Counted from the stretch's first letter, positions 10,081 through 22,257 are shown. The stretch: DNA of 64,000 nucleotides from Calditerrivibrio sp. (GCA_026415135.1 JAOAHS010000006.1:29779-93778); one strand, 5' to 3'. Program-made: numbers and translations. Notes: generated by a model not told the origin, from the letters alone.

Positions 10081-11004
10081 CCTTAAATGCTTTATTGTGA
10101 ATACCAGTGCACTGGCTATACCTATAGATGAATAAGTACCAATAACAATGCCTACAACGAGCGTAAAAGCAAAAGGATTTATCACCTCGCCACCGAAAAT
10201 CATAAGTGATAATACTGTTAAAAATGTTAGAAAAGAGGTGATAATTGTTCTACTCAGTGTTTCATTGATACTTTTATTCATAATATCTTTTATATCTATT
10301 TTGGTGTCTACAGAGTTTCTGATCCTTTCCCTTATTCTGTCAAAAACAACAATTGTATCGTTGAGGGAATAACCGATGAGAGCAAGCAAAGCAGCTACTA
10401 CTGTTAGATTAAACTCTTTGTAGGTTAGGCTTAAAAAACCCAATGTTATAATTACGTCATGTACTAATGCTAAAATGGCACCTATGGCGTAAATAAGCTC
10501 AAATCTGATAGCCACATATATTAAAACACCAATATTTGCATATATGAGAGCCATCATTGCTTTGTACTGCAACTCGGAGCCGACCTGTGGGCCCACCTGT
10601 TCGATTCTTTCAACGATAAACTTATTGTTGGGTTCTACAATAGCTATCTTAGCCTGTATGTTTTTAGATAACTCCTCTAAAGGGATATTTTGAGTTTTAC
10701 CTAATCTTATCAAAATTTCGTTGGGATTGCCAAAGTTTTGTACAGATACATCCCCAATCTTTAATTCATTTAATGCTTTTCTCAAGTTATTGATATCTGG
10801 GGTTTTGTCATATTTTATTTGGATTACTGTTCCTCCAGAAAAATCGATACCATAGTTTAATCCTTTTGTGGTTATTAGAATGATAGATAGCACTATTAAC
10901 AATCCTGATATTATAAAGAATAGTTTGGTTTTTCCTAAAAAATCTATTTTTGAATTGTGTTTTATTAATTCTAAAAACTCTGCCATCATCGACTCCTTAT
11001 ACAC
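10072..11004 (-). CDS. secF: Protein translocase subunit SecF
   Basis: 310 aa, 6 TM, conserved SecF motifs (GIDFSGGT, LSLNDTIVVFDRIRE); overlaps secD. Confidence 0.9.
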   Translation of the reverse strand: MYKESMMAEFLELIKHNSKIDFLGKTKLFFIISGLLIVLSIILITTKGLNYGIDFSGGTVIQIKYDKTPDINNLRKALNELKIGDVSVQNFGNPNEILIRLGKTQNIPLEELSKNIQAKIAIVEPNNKFIVERIEQVGPQVGSELQYKAMMALIYANIGVLIYVAIRFELIYAIGAILALVHDVIITLGFLSLTYKEFNLTVVAALLALIGYSLNDTIVVFDRIRERIRNSVDTKIDIKDIMNKSINETLSRTIITSFLTFLTVLSLMIFGGEVINPFAFTLVVGIVIGTYSSIGIASALVFTIKHLRNK

Positions 11005-12550
11005 TTAGCCTTTTGATCTCTTTATTGCCATAAAGGGTCAGAAAAATAGTTTTGGATAGGGTAACAGCTGTGAAGATTGAGGATAAGATACCGATAGTTA
11101 ACGTAACAGCAAATCCTTTTACTGGACCTGTCCCAAATTGAAACAAAACCAAACCTGCAATAAGGGTAGTTATGTTGGCATCGATGATTGTGGACATGGC
11201 TTTTTCAAACCCAGCTTCAAGGGCATTCATTGGTGTTCTACCGATTCTTAGCTCCTCACGGACACGTTCAAAGATCAGAACATTTGCATCGATGGCCATA
11301 CCCATTGTAAGTATTAACCCTGCAATACCAGGTAATGTCAATGTGGCTTTAAACATCCCCATAGCACCAAGAATCAAGATTGCATTTGTCAAAAGAGCAA
11401 TGCTTGCTATGAGACCAGAAAACTTATAGTAGATTAACATAAATAAAATAACTGCACCAACTCCAATTATACCAGCTATAATACCTTTATTGATCGAATC
11501 TTTACCCAATGATGGCCCTATAGTTCTGTTTTCTAAAATCTTAACAGGTGCGGGCAAACTACCAGCCCTAAGAACAATGGCTAGATCTTTTGCCTCATCA
11601 AGGGTGAAATTACCTGAAATTTGGGCTTCACCACCAGCTATCTTTTCCCTGATAACAGGGGCGGAATAAACATTGTCATCAAGTACTATAGCCATCCTTT
11701 TGTTCACATTTTCCGCGGTAATTTCTTCGAAAAGCTTGCTGCCTGCCGGGTCAAATTTTAGAGATACATAGGGTTCGTTAAATTGGGAGGATATTCTTAC
11801 CTCTGCTTCTACAAGATAGTCACCTGTCAAGACAGCATCTTTTTTCAGAACGTAAGGTATAGTGGAGGTAACCTGTCCTGTGACTTTGTCTATTTTTTTG
11901 CTGTAAAGAACTATAGAATCTGCAGGTATATTACCAGACTTTATTGTCTCTTCATTGTTGGCAGCTTCATCCACAAGATAAAATTTGAGTTGTGCTGTCT
12001 TTCCTATGAGATTTACAGCTCTTTCTGGATCTGTTATGCCTGCAAGTTGCACTAAGATATGATCCGTTCCCTGTCTTTGTATAATTGGCTCGTTTACCCC
12101 AAACTGATCAACTCTGTTTCTTATTACCTGGACGGCCTGTTCTACGGCGTAATTTTTAATTCTCTTGGTTTCATCCGGATCAAGTGATAGTTCTATGATC
12201 TTTTCATCGGTTGTCAAACCGCTTTCTTTGAGGATCGGATAGTTTTTATTTAATAGTTCGATGATCTTCTTTCTTTCATTGGCATCAGGTATACCTATTG
12301 TTATTTTGTTATTTTCATTTTTTTGGACAAATGAAAAGTTTATCTTGGAATTTCTTAACTCCTTTCTTATCTGAGTTGTCAACGTGTCGATTTTAGCTTG
12401 GACTGCTTTATCTGTCTCTACCCCCAATACTAAGTGCATACCACCCTTAAGATCAAGACCTAATTTTATCCTTTTATCCAATGGAAACATAAAAAATAAA
12501 GCCACCGCAAAGACTATTGCGATGGTTATCCATCTTAACTTAAGTTGCAT
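10997..12550 (-). CDS. secD: Protein translocase subunit SecD
   Basis: 517 aa, LGLDLKGG, periplasmic domain, C-terminal TM bundle with DANVLIFERVREE. Confidence 0.9.
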   Translation of the reverse strand: MQLKLRWITIAIVFAVALFFMFPLDKRIKLGLDLKGGMHLVLGVETDKAVQAKIDTLTTQIRKELRNSKINFSFVQKNENNKITIGIPDANERKKIIELLNKNYPILKESGLTTDEKIIELSLDPDETKRIKNYAVEQAVQVIRNRVDQFGVNEPIIQRQGTDHILVQLAGITDPERAVNLIGKTAQLKFYLVDEAANNEETIKSGNIPADSIVLYSKKIDKVTGQVTSTIPYVLKKDAVLTGDYLVEAEVRISSQFNEPYVSLKFDPAGSKLFEEITAENVNKRMAIVLDDNVYSAPVIREKIAGGEAQISGNFTLDEAKDLAIVLRAGSLPAPVKILENRTIGPSLGKDSINKGIIAGIIGVGAVILFMLIYYKFSGLIASIALLTNAILILGAMGMFKATLTLPGIAGLILTMGMAIDANVLIFERVREELRIGRTPMNALEAGFEKAMSTIIDANITTLIAGLVLFQFGTGPVKGFAVTLTIGILSSIFTAVTLSKTIFLTLYGNKEIKRLSV

Positions 12551-12553
12551 CGG

Positions 12554-14003
<1,450 letters not shown>

Positions 14004-15023
14004 CTATAATATAAGCATTGCATCTCCATAACTAAAAAATCTCAATCTGTTTTTTATCGCATAGTTATAGACTTCTTTCATGTAATCTATTCCTGCAAAA
14101 GCACATACAAGCATAAATAGCGTTGATTTTGGTAAATGAAAATTTGTTATAAGATGATCAACAATTTTAAACTGATAACCAGGTTTTATAAATATATCTG
14201 TCACTTGTTCACCATATCTTGTCAATAAACCATCTTCTGACGAAGATTCCAGAGATCTAAGGGATGTTGTCCCAACGGCAATCAACGTGTAACCCTTTAA
14301 CTTTAGATCATTTATCTGATCGAATGATGACTTGGGTATGTAGTATCGTTCTTGGTGCATTTTGTGATCGTTGATATTTTCGGTTTTTATAGGTTTAAAT
14401 GTACCTATGCCTACGTTTAATGTTATTTCTATTAATGGATGATCCTTTCCTATGCTTTGAAGTAACTCCTCGCTGAAATGTAGCCCTGCTGTGGGGGCAG
14501 CTACTGAACCAGGTTTAGATGCATATACCGTTTGATACCTATGTTCATCCAGTTGTTCATCGTTTCTTTTTATATAAGGTGGCAAAGGGATATGACCGTA
14601 TCTTTCTAATAGCTCCAGAGGGTCTGTACCTAAGACTTCTACTATCTTTATGCCATCTCCATCTTCTGAATGAATTTTGACTCCTATATGATTATCAAAT
14701 TTTAATAAATCTCCTTTCTTTAAATTACCTTTTGTTAAAGCTTTAAATCTATTTTTCTCGATTTGTTCTAAAAAAAACAGCTCCACCTTGCCACCGGTAT
14801 CTTTTCTGGTTAAAAGTCTACTTTTTATCACTTTTGTATTGTTTAAAACCAAGAAGCTCTTTTTAGGCAGATAGTCTTTTATATGTTTAAACTCTGTGAT
14901 GAAATATTTTTTGGTATTTCTATCTACTACTAAAAGTCTTGAGTCTTCTCTTTTTTCAAGTGGGTATTGGGCTATGAGTTCCTCTGGTAGATCAAAATCG
15001 AAATCAGAAAGCTTATATGACAT
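14004..15023 (-). CDS. queA: S-adenosylmethionine:tRNA ribosyltransferase-isomerase
   Basis: MSYKLSDFDFDLPEELIAQYPLEKREDSRLL N-terminus diagnostic of QueA; 339 aa. Confidence 0.9.
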   Translation of the reverse strand: MSYKLSDFDFDLPEELIAQYPLEKREDSRLLVVDRNTKKYFITEFKHIKDYLPKKSFLVLNNTKVIKSRLLTRKDTGGKVELFFLEQIEKNRFKALTKGNLKKGDLLKFDNHIGVKIHSEDGDGIKIVEVLGTDPLELLERYGHIPLPPYIKRNDEQLDEHRYQTVYASKPGSVAAPTAGLHFSEELLQSIGKDHPLIEITLNVGIGTFKPIKTENINDHKMHQERYYIPKSSFDQINDLKLKGYTLIAVGTTSLRSLESSSEDGLLTRYGEQVTDIFIKPGYQFKIVDHLITNFHLPKSTLFMLVCAFAGIDYMKEVYNYAIKNRLRFFSYGDAMLIL

Positions 15024-16415
15024 TTAGCTTAACTGCCTCTTAATAAAGTTTTTTACTTCCGCAATGGAGTTAGGCAGTCTTGAGTACCTTTTTTCTTTTG
15101 TCTTTATAGCCTTTATTCTATCTGGTTCTTCTGGTTTTTTACCAATAGCTTTTATAATAGCATCTTCAAACTTGGCTGGATGAGCTGTAGCCAGTGTGAT
15201 GAAATAGCTTGATCCATCATCAATCTTTTTAACAGCGTTTACGCCACAAGCTGTATGGGGATCTAAGATATAACCATGGGTATTGTAAAATGATTTTATT
15301 GTGTTTAGGGTTTCATCGTTGGTTGTGGATATGGAAATGAATGTTTCTTGGATTTTGGTAAGTTCCTCTTTGGAAAAGGTTAGCTTATGATTTTCTTGAA
15401 ATTCAAACATCTTTTTTGTAAGGATTTCTGAGTTTTCATTGTAAAGGAAATAAAGGTACCTTTCTAGATTACTTGCCACTTGAATATCCATAGATGGGCT
15501 GTAGGTTTGGACTACTTCACTGACACTATAATCACCATTTTGTATAAACCTGGTTAGTATATTGTTTTCGTTAGTAGCTAATATCAGTTTTTTTATAGGC
15601 AATCCCATCTTCCAAGCAATAAAACCAGCAAATATATTACCAAAGTTACCTGTGGGTACTGAAAAATATACCTTTGGAAATTCTTCTAAGTTTTCTGTAG
15701 CTCTAAAATAGGTGAAAAAATAGTATACGACCTGAGCTAAGACCCTTGACCAGTTTATCGAATTTATTGCACCTAAAGAATATCTTTTTTTAAAATCAAG
15801 GTCATTAAAAATCGATTTGACGATATGTTGACAATCATCGAATGTTCCATCTATGGCTAGGTTAAATACATTTGGATCTGTTACTGTTGTCATTTGTAGT
15901 TCTTGGACGGGGCTAACTTTTCCGAAAGGGTGAAGGATGAATATGTTTATATCTTTTTTCCCTTTAAAACCATAAATTGCAGCGCTACCGGTATCTCCAC
16001 TGGTGGCACCTAAAATATTTATATTTTTCTGCTGTTTATTTAAAACATGTTCAAAAAGATTACCTAAGAATTGCAATGCTATATCCTTAAAAGCGTAAGT
16101 GGGGCCATGAAAAATCTCACCTATAAAAAGATTGTTCCCAAACTTTTTTACTGGTATAACTTCATCTGTATCAAAAGTGGAGTAACTTTTTTCTATTATG
16201 TTTTTTAGCTCCTCTGCTGGGATATCATCTACAAATTTTGAAATTATGTTAAAAGCAAGCTCTTTATAGGGGAGATTTTTTAATACTGGTAATGCTTCTG
16301 AAATATCTGGGATATGTTCAGGTATTATAAGCCCACCATCATCAGCCAAACCCATAAGAACGGTATCACAAAATGAAATACTTTTTACCTTTCCCCTTGT
16401 ACTTTTGTATCTCAT
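15024..16415 (-). CDS. thrC: Threonine synthase (long form)
   Basis: MRYKSTRG start, PLP lysine motif region FHGPTYAFKD, 463 aa. Confidence 0.85.
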   Translation of the reverse strand: MRYKSTRGKVKSISFCDTVLMGLADDGGLIIPEHIPDISEALPVLKNLPYKELAFNIISKFVDDIPAEELKNIIEKSYSTFDTDEVIPVKKFGNNLFIGEIFHGPTYAFKDIALQFLGNLFEHVLNKQQKNINILGATSGDTGSAAIYGFKGKKDINIFILHPFGKVSPVQELQMTTVTDPNVFNLAIDGTFDDCQHIVKSIFNDLDFKKRYSLGAINSINWSRVLAQVVYYFFTYFRATENLEEFPKVYFSVPTGNFGNIFAGFIAWKMGLPIKKLILATNENNILTRFIQNGDYSVSEVVQTYSPSMDIQVASNLERYLYFLYNENSEILTKKMFEFQENHKLTFSKEELTKIQETFISISTTNDETLNTIKSFYNTHGYILDPHTACGVNAVKKIDDGSSYFITLATAHPAKFEDAIIKAIGKKPEEPDRIKAIKTKEKRYSRLPNSIAEVKNFIKRQLS

Positions 16416-16416
16416 C

Positions 16417-16460
16417 GTTTCACCTCAAAAAATTTAAAAGGAAAAGGGGAGCCCCCCTTT
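16417..16460 (-). terminator. Candidate intrinsic terminator after ndk
   Basis: Minus-strand AAAGGGG-GGCU-CCCCUUU hairpin followed by UCCUUUUAAAUUUUUU. Confidence 0.45.
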
Positions 16461-16461
16461 C

Positions 16462-16878
16462 TCATGAGACTATTTCTATGTCAGCAAAAAAGTATCTTGT
16501 TTCTTGGGCAGCAGTTTCTGGGGCATCAGAGCCATGAACTGCATTGTTATCAATATTTTTACCAAACTCTTTTCTGATTGTTCCTTCTTCAGCGTTAGCT
16601 GGGTTTGTTGCTCCCATAAGTTTTCGCCAGTCTGCTATGGCGTTTTCTTTTTCAAGAATCATAACAATGGATGGTCCACTACTCATAAATGTTGTGAGGG
16701 CATTAAAAAAAGGTTTGTCCTTATGGACGGCATAGAAACCTTCAGCCATCTTTTTGGTCATCCACAATTTTTTCATTGCTACAATCTTAAAGCCTTCTTT
16801 CTCAATGCGATCGATAATTTTTCCAGAATTACCCGCAGCGACAGCATCAGGTTTAATGATAGCAAATGTTCTTTCCAT
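16462..16878 (-). CDS. ndk: Nucleoside diphosphate kinase
   Basis: [13 protein letters not shown], active-site NAVHGSD. Confidence 0.9.
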   Translation of the reverse strand: MERTFAIIKPDAVAAGNSGKIIDRIEKEGFKIVAMKKLWMTKKMAEGFYAVHKDKPFFNALTTFMSSGPSIVMILEKENAIADWRKLMGATNPANAEEGTIRKEFGKNIDNNAVHGSDAPETAAQETRYFFADIEIVS

Positions 16879-16891
16879 TGATCTATTCCTC

Positions 16892-17248
16892 CTAGTTTAT
16901 AATTTTATCCATTATAATGGCTAAAAAAGTAATAGGTTCTGCTGATTTGTTTTCTATGGAGTGGAATTCTCCAAAATTAGTAATTAACATATCCCCGGGT
17001 TTTAAAATATCGATATTTCCGTTATCATTTACTACTCCAGTGCCATCTAACATAAGATAGATCTCCATATCATTTACATGTTGATGGTAACCTACAGATG
17101 AGTCAGGCTGAAGATTTACTACAGAAAACATTTTGATTTTACCTTTAATACCATGTACCCCTTCATACCCGAAATTGACAAGACTTCCTTGACCCTCTCG
17201 TGGTTTTTCGATTATCTTTCCTTCTAAATTTTCACCTCTTATTATCAT
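16892..17248 (-). CDS. Cupin-domain protein (118 aa)
   Basis: Cupin two-motif pattern G..H.H....E.Y.ML.G ... GD....FGE.H. Confidence 0.6.
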   Translation of the reverse strand: MIIRGENLEGKIIEKPREGQGSLVNFGYEGVHGIKGKIKMFSVVNLQPDSSVGYHQHVNDMEIYLMLDGTGVVNDNGNIDILKPGDMLITNFGEFHSIENKSAEPITFLAIIMDKIIN

Positions 17249-17260
17249 GAGCGTTTTCTC

Positions 17261-17758
17261 CTATCTGTAATTAGTAAATTGTATTTCTATGCCAAAATCT
17301 TTTGACTTTATTAGCTTTATTACTTCTTGAAGATCGTCAATCTTTTTACCTTTTACCCTTACTTTATCGTCGTTTATTGAAGCAGTCACTTTTATTTTGG
17401 AGTCTTTTATTGTTTTTACAATCTCCTTTGCTTTATCTTGGGGGATGCCCTGTTGAAAGGTTATTTTCTGCCTGACTGTATTACCAGATGCTTTTTCTAT
17501 GTTGCCAAAGATAAGGGCTTTTACAGATACATTCCTTTTTACAAGTTTTGAAATAAGTATTTCGTGTACACTTTTTAGTTTTCCTTCGTTATCGGAGATG
17601 ATAGTGATCTCCTTTTCACCTTTGTTGAAATCTATTTTACTGGCAGAACCCTTAAAGTCAAACCTTTGCTCGATCTCTTTGTTGGCTTGATTAACAGCAT
17701 TTGATACCTCTTGAAAATCTATTTCACAACCGATGTCGAAGGAATGCTCTTCAGCCAT
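17261..17758 (-). CDS. yajQ: YajQ-family (UPF0234) nucleotide/c-di-GMP-binding protein
   Basis: Start reassigned to internal ATG (MAEEHSFDI...) because perfect SD AAGGAGG lies 5 nt upstream (revcomp of 17761-17770); the track's 20-aa N-extension lacks SD. Confidence 0.8.
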   Translation of the reverse strand: MAEEHSFDIGCEIDFQEVSNAVNQANKEIEQRFDFKGSASKIDFNKGEKEITIISDNEGKLKSVHEILISKLVKRNVSVKALIFGNIEKASGNTVRQKITFQQGIPQDKAKEIVKTIKDSKIKVTASINDDKVRVKGKKIDDLQEVIKLIKSKDFGIEIQFTNYR

Positions 17759-17825
17759 ACTTACCTCCTTTTTAACATCACAAATAGAAAATATGACATA
17801 TTCTAAACTTAAAATCAAGAAAAAT

Positions 17826-17853
17826 CTTGAAAAAAAATATTTTATGATTATAA
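17826..17853 (+). promoter_or_regulatory. Sigma70-like promoter for yebC-ruvC-ruvA (TTGAAA-16-TATAAT), divergent from yajQ
   Basis: TTGAAA 17826-17831, 16-nt spacer, TATAAT 17848-17853, ~30 nt upstream of yebC ATG. Confidence 0.4.
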
Positions 17854-17882
17854 TATCACACCCAAAATTTGTGGAGGTTTTA

Positions 17883-18611
17883 ATGGCTGGACATAGTAAA
17901 TGGGCAAATATAAAACATAGAAAAGCTGCTCAAGATGCAAAAAAGGGGAAGATTTTTACAAAAATAGCCAAAGAACTTACGGTGGCTACTAAAATAGGAC
18001 AAAGTGCAGACCCAGAGTTCAACCCAAGGTTGAGGCTTGCTCTTGATAAGGCTAAAGCCGCTAATATGCCAAAAGAGAATGTGGAAAGGGCTATTAAAAA
18101 GGGTTTAGGAGAAGGTGATGGTGCAAACTATGAGGATGTAATGTATGAGGGTTACGGACCTGGTGGTGTAGCAATACTTGTTCAGGCGTTAACCGATAAC
18201 AAGAATAGAACAGTTGCAGAAGTTAGGTCAACTTTTACAAAAAGGGGAGGTAGTTTGGGGGAAGCAGGTTGTGTTGCGTGGATGTTTGATAAAAAAGGGG
18301 TAATAAATATTCCAAAAGATGCAGTAGATGAGGATACAATAATGATGCTTGCTATAGATTCTGGGGCAGAAGATGTGGTTGGGGACGAAGAAAGTTACGA
18401 AGTAATCACCGATCCATCCAACTATGAAAATGTAAAAAAGGCTATTGAGTCTAACAATATAAAAATAGAGTATGCGGAAATCACAATGAGACCAAAAAAT
18501 ACCATAGAGCTGTCAGGTGAAGAAGCTCAAAAAACAATGGCTCTGCTTGAAGCCCTCGAAGACTTAGACGATGTGCAGGAAGTGTATTCTAATTTTGATA
18601 TGGTAGAGTAA
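17883..18611 (+). CDS. yebC: YebC/PmpR-family transcriptional regulator
   Basis: MAGHSKWANIKHRK canonical N-terminus with GGAGG SD; track ORF start at 17733 is an unsupported extension. Confidence 0.9.
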   Translation: MAGHSKWANIKHRKAAQDAKKGKIFTKIAKELTVATKIGQSADPEFNPRLRLALDKAKAANMPKENVERAIKKGLGEGDGANYEDVMYEGYGPGGVAILVQALTDNKNRTVAEVRSTFTKRGGSLGEAGCVAWMFDKKGVINIPKDAVDEDTIMMLAIDSGAEDVVGDEESYEVITDPSNYENVKKAIESNNIKIEYAEITMRPKNTIELSGEEAQKTMALLEALEDLDDVQEVYSNFDMVE

Positions 18612-18612
18612 T

Positions 18613-19125
18613 TTGATCATATTTGGAATAGATCCGGGTTTAAACAAAACAGGGGTTGGTATACTGCAGCTTGAAGGGAAAAACTTGGGTTATATAAAAC
18701 ACGATGTAATCAAGACTGATCCTAAACAATCATTGGTGAAAAGGTTACAAAGTATTGTTGATGGTGTGCATTCACTGGTAACAGAGTACAGGCCAGCTTA
18801 CGCTGCTGTAGAAGATATATTTTATTCTGTTAATATTAAGAGTGCAATCCTTTTGGGTGAGACAAGGGGTGCTATAATATCTACGCTATTATCCAATAAG
18901 GTGGATCTCTTTGAGTTTAGTGCTTTACAGATAAAAAAAGCTGTTGTTGGTTATGGAAAGGCAGATAAGGAACAGGTTAGAAAGATGGTGGAGATTCTAC
19001 TAAAGATTGATCTTTCTGGGGTTGCATCTGATGCCAGTGATGCTCTGGCTTGTGCTATCTGTTTGGCTTTTCAGTTAACCTGTTATGAAAAAGGTATCGT
19101 TTATGATTGCAAGATTAAAAGGTAA
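18613..19125 (+). CDS. ruvC: Holliday junction resolvase RuvC
   Basis: MIIFGIDPG...GVG, catalytic acidic residues, 170 aa. Confidence 0.9.
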   Translation: MIIFGIDPGLNKTGVGILQLEGKNLGYIKHDVIKTDPKQSLVKRLQSIVDGVHSLVTEYRPAYAAVEDIFYSVNIKSAILLGETRGAIISTLLSNKVDLFEFSALQIKKAVVGYGKADKEQVRKMVEILLKIDLSGVASDASDALACAICLAFQLTCYEKGIVYDCKIKR

Positions 19126-19675
19126 ATTGGTTGAAAAATATCCAGATAGAATTATCTTGGATGTAAACAACATTTATTTTGAGATTTTTATAACCTTAAA
19201 GTGTTATTCAGGTTTGCCAGAGGTAAATTATGAGGTGACCATCCCCACCCAAACTGTTGTCAGGGAAGATGGTATTACGATATATGGTTTTTTAAACGAG
19301 GAGGAAAAAAAGCTTTTTGGATTGCTAAATACTGTATCGAAGATTGGACCTAAAATAGCTCTTTCTATTCTCTCTTCCATTGATGTTGATGTCCTTAAAA
19401 GAGCTATTAAAGAGAGAGATATAGGTTCGATTGCCATTTCCCCTGGTGTTGGTAAAAAAACTGCAGAGAGGATTATATTGGAGCTTAGGGATAAAGTTGA
19501 TGAGGTCGAGGTTTTTTCATCAGATTTATTGGATAACGATTCGGATTTGGTAAGCGCTTTGATAAATTTTGGTTATAAGCGAGGGGATGCTCTGGCTGTA
19601 ATTAAAAAGATAGATCCATCATATAAAACGTTACAGGATCGTTTAAGGGAAGCCTTGAGGCTATTGAATCAGTAA
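19103..19675 (+). CDS. ruvA: Holliday junction DNA helicase subunit RuvA
   Basis: MIARLKGKL canonical start (track start 19085 has 6 extra aa, no SD); HhH motifs (IGPKIALSIL, GVGKKTAERI); no ruvB downstream. Confidence 0.85.
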   Translation: MIARLKGKLVEKYPDRIILDVNNIYFEIFITLKCYSGLPEVNYEVTIPTQTVVREDGITIYGFLNEEEKKLFGLLNTVSKIGPKIALSILSSIDVDVLKRAIKERDIGSIAISPGVGKKTAERIILELRDKVDEVEVFSSDLLDNDSDLVSALINFGYKRGDALAVIKKIDPSYKTLQDRLREALRLLNQ

Positions 19676-19773
19676 TTGGTTACAATTGATCTTTGTATGA
19701 ATCATAAATTTTTGTCACAAAATACTTGTAAAATAGTCTAAATATGTTATAGTATCAAATTCGGAGGTGTGTA

Positions 19774-20043
19774 ATGGCATTAGAAAAAGCATTGAAGCAA
19801 GAACTTATCGAAAAGTTCAAAACGAAGGAGAATGATACAGGTTCTCCAGAAGTCCAGGTTGCCCTTTTAACTGAAAGGATAAACCAGCTTACAGAACATT
19901 TTAAGACCCATGTAAAGGATCATCATTCAAGAAAAGGGCTCTTAATGTTGGTAAGTAAAAGAAGAAAACTGCTTGATTATCTAAAAAGAAAAGATTTCAA
20001 TAGATATCAGCAGTTGATCGAAAGACTTGGTATAAGGAAGTAA
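19774..20043 (+). CDS. rpsO: 30S ribosomal protein S15
   Basis: 89 aa, [35 protein letters not shown] signature. Confidence 0.95.
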   Translation: MALEKALKQELIEKFKTKENDTGSPEVQVALLTERINQLTEHFKTHVKDHHSRKGLLMLVSKRRKLLDYLKRKDFNRYQQLIERLGIRK

Positions 20044-22166
20044 TGATGGAAAAAGATATTAAGTCTTTTGAAATAAGGCTTGGCAGTGATGCCGAGCCTA
20101 TAATTTTAGAAACCGGTTGGAAGGCAAAGCAGACAAACGGAAGTATATGGGCAAAACAAGGGGATACTGTTGTTCTTGTCACTGCTGTGATGAGTAAGAA
20201 TGTTCCTGATGATATCGATTTTTTCCCACTTACAGTTAATTATATTGAAAAGTTTTATGCTGTTGGTAAGATTCCCGGAGGGTTTATTAAAAGAGAAGGG
20301 AAACCATCTGACAAAGAGACCCTTATATCAAGGCTCATCGATAGACCATTGAGACCTATTTTTCCAGATGGATTTAGAAATGAAGTTCAGATTGTGGTAA
20401 CAGTTGTATCAAGTGATCAAAAGAACTCTCCAGATATTCTGTCCATAAATGCTGCCAGCGCAGCCCTCATGATTTCTGATATCCCCTTTAATGGTCCTGT
20501 TGGTGCTGTGAGGGTTGGCAAGTTAAACGGTGAGTATATTATAAACCCAGATGCAGATCTATTTGATCAGCTTACTATGAATATAGTTTTAGCTGGTACT
20601 GAAGATGCCATTGTAATGGTTGAAGCTGGGATGAAAAATGTATCTGAGGAAGAGGTTGTGGAAGCCTTTGAAAGAGGGCACGAAGCTATTAAAGAGATTG
20701 TAAGAGTACAAAAGGGTATGCGGGAGCAGATTGGATTACCAAAGGCTGAGTTCAAAGATTTTTCTGTTCCTACAGATATTCTTGAAAAGGTGTATGCTGA
20801 CTGTAAACAGGCTCTTTTTGATGCTGTGATGACTAAAGGTAAAAAAGAGAAATATGAGGCGATAGATAGGGTAAAAAATGAATACCTCGAAAAACTTAAG
20901 GACGAATTGGGTGACCAGTTTGAGGAAAACAAGACACTATTTTCTGAAGCATATCATGAAGTGGAAAAGAAGATATTTAGAGAGATCACTCTTGAAAATA
21001 AGATTAGGGTAGATGGCAGAGCGTATGATGAAATCAGACCTATAGATATAGAGGTGGGGCTTCTTCCCAGGGCTCATGGGTCTGCACTTTTTACAAGAGG
21101 TGAGACACAGGCTCTTGTCTCTGCAACTTTGGGTACAAAGATGGATAGCCAGATGGTGGATGATATCGAAGGTAACTCTTCTAAGAGATTTATGCTGCAT
21201 TACAATTTTCCACCTTTTTCTGTAGGTGAAGTTGGTAGAATGGGTGCTCCAGGTAGAAGGGAAGTGGGGCATGGTGCTTTGGCTGAAAGGGCTCTTTCTT
21301 ATGTTATCCCCGATGAATCTGATTTTCCCTATACAATAAGAGTAGTGTCTGAAATATTGGAGTCAAACGGTTCTTCTTCTATGGCATCTGTATGTGGTGG
21401 ATCCTTAGCTCTTATGGATGCTGGTGTGCCTATCAAGGATATAGTGGCTGGTATTGCTATGGGATTAATCTATGAAAAGGGTAGATATGCGATATTAAGT
21501 GATATTATGGGGATTGAAGACCATCTCGGTGATATGGATTTTAAAGTGGCTGGTACAAAAGATGGCATCACTGCTCTTCAGATGGATATAAAGATAGAAG
21601 GTTTAAAAATGGATCTGGTGAGGGAGGCCCTTGCTGCAGCAAAAGTTGGTAGATTATATATATTGGAGAAAATGAAAGCTGTTTTATCTGCTCCAAGAAG
21701 TGATCTTTCACCTTATGCACCCCGCTTTGTTACGATGAATGTTGATCCTGAAAAGGTTGGGCTTATAATTGGCCCGGCTGGTAAAAATATAAAAGCGATT
21801 ATTGAGGAAACTGGTGTTTCCATTGATATCCTTGATGGTGGTGTTGTCAATATATTTGCAAGCTCTAAGGATGCTATCGATAGTGCAATAGGTATGATAG
21901 AGGCCATCATAGGAGACCTTACCATTGATAAAACCTACAAAGGTAAAGTGAAAAAGATTATGGATTATGGTGCCTTTGTTGAGATAGCTCCGGGATTAGA
22001 AGCTCTTTTACATGTTTCCCAGTACAGTCATGAAAAGATAGACGATATTTCAAAATACCTAAAGGTAGGAGATATTGTTCAAGTTAAATACATGGGGAAA
22101 GATGAAAGAGGACGCCACAAAATATCGAGAAAAGCAATTTTAGAAAAGATACAGCACACTGATTAA
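20043..22166 (+). CDS. pnp: Polyribonucleotide nucleotidyltransferase (PNPase)
   Basis: 707 aa; two RNase PH domains, KH (GKNIKAIIEETG) and S1 (GKVKKIMDYGAFVEI) domains; overlaps rpsO stop. Confidence 0.95.
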   Translation: MMEKDIKSFEIRLGSDAEPIILETGWKAKQTNGSIWAKQGDTVVLVTAVMSKNVPDDIDFFPLTVNYIEKFYAVGKIPGGFIKREGKPSDKETLISRLIDRPLRPIFPDGFRNEVQIVVTVVSSDQKNSPDILSINAASAALMISDIPFNGPVGAVRVGKLNGEYIINPDADLFDQLTMNIVLAGTEDAIVMVEAGMKNVSEEEVVEAFERGHEAIKEIVRVQKGMREQIGLPKAEFKDFSVPTDILEKVYADCKQALFDAVMTKGKKEKYEAIDRVKNEYLEKLKDELGDQFEENKTLFSEAYHEVEKKIFREITLENKIRVDGRAYDEIRPIDIEVGLLPRAHGSALFTRGETQALVSATLGTKMDSQMVDDIEGNSSKRFMLHYNFPPFSVGEVGRMGAPGRREVGHGALAERALSYVIPDESDFPYTIRVVSEILESNGSSSMASVCGGSLALMDAGVPIKDIVAGIAMGLIYEKGRYAILSDIMGIEDHLGDMDFKVAGTKDGITALQMDIKIEGLKMDLVREALAAAKVGRLYILEKMKAVLSAPRSDLSPYAPRFVTMNVDPEKVGLIIGPAGKNIKAIIEETGVSIDILDGGVVNIFASSKDAIDSAIGMIEAIIGDLTIDKTYKGKVKKIMDYGAFVEIAPGLEALLHVSQYSHEKIDDISKYLKVGDIVQVKYMGKDERGRHKISRKAILEKIQHTD

Positions 22167-22182
22167 AAATGATTATATAAAT

Positions 22183-22220
22183 CACAGGTGGATAATATTT
22201 CCACTTGTGTTTTTATATTC
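22183..22220 (+). terminator. Intrinsic terminator after pnp
   Basis: CACAGGUGGA / UCCACUUGUG 10-bp stem (one G-U) with 7-nt loop followed by UUUUUAUAUU. Confidence 0.5.
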
Positions 22221-22257
22221 TTCTTGACTTATTTTAAAATAAAATTTAAGCTATTTC

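Noticed and set aside
17733-17882. N-terminal extensions of yebC (50 aa) and of yajQ (20 aa, 17759-17818) in the ORF track
   Set aside because: Both canonical protein N-termini (MAGHSKWANIKHRK and MAEEHSFDI) are preceded by perfect SDs. The extensions overlap each other across the divergent promoter and have no SD.
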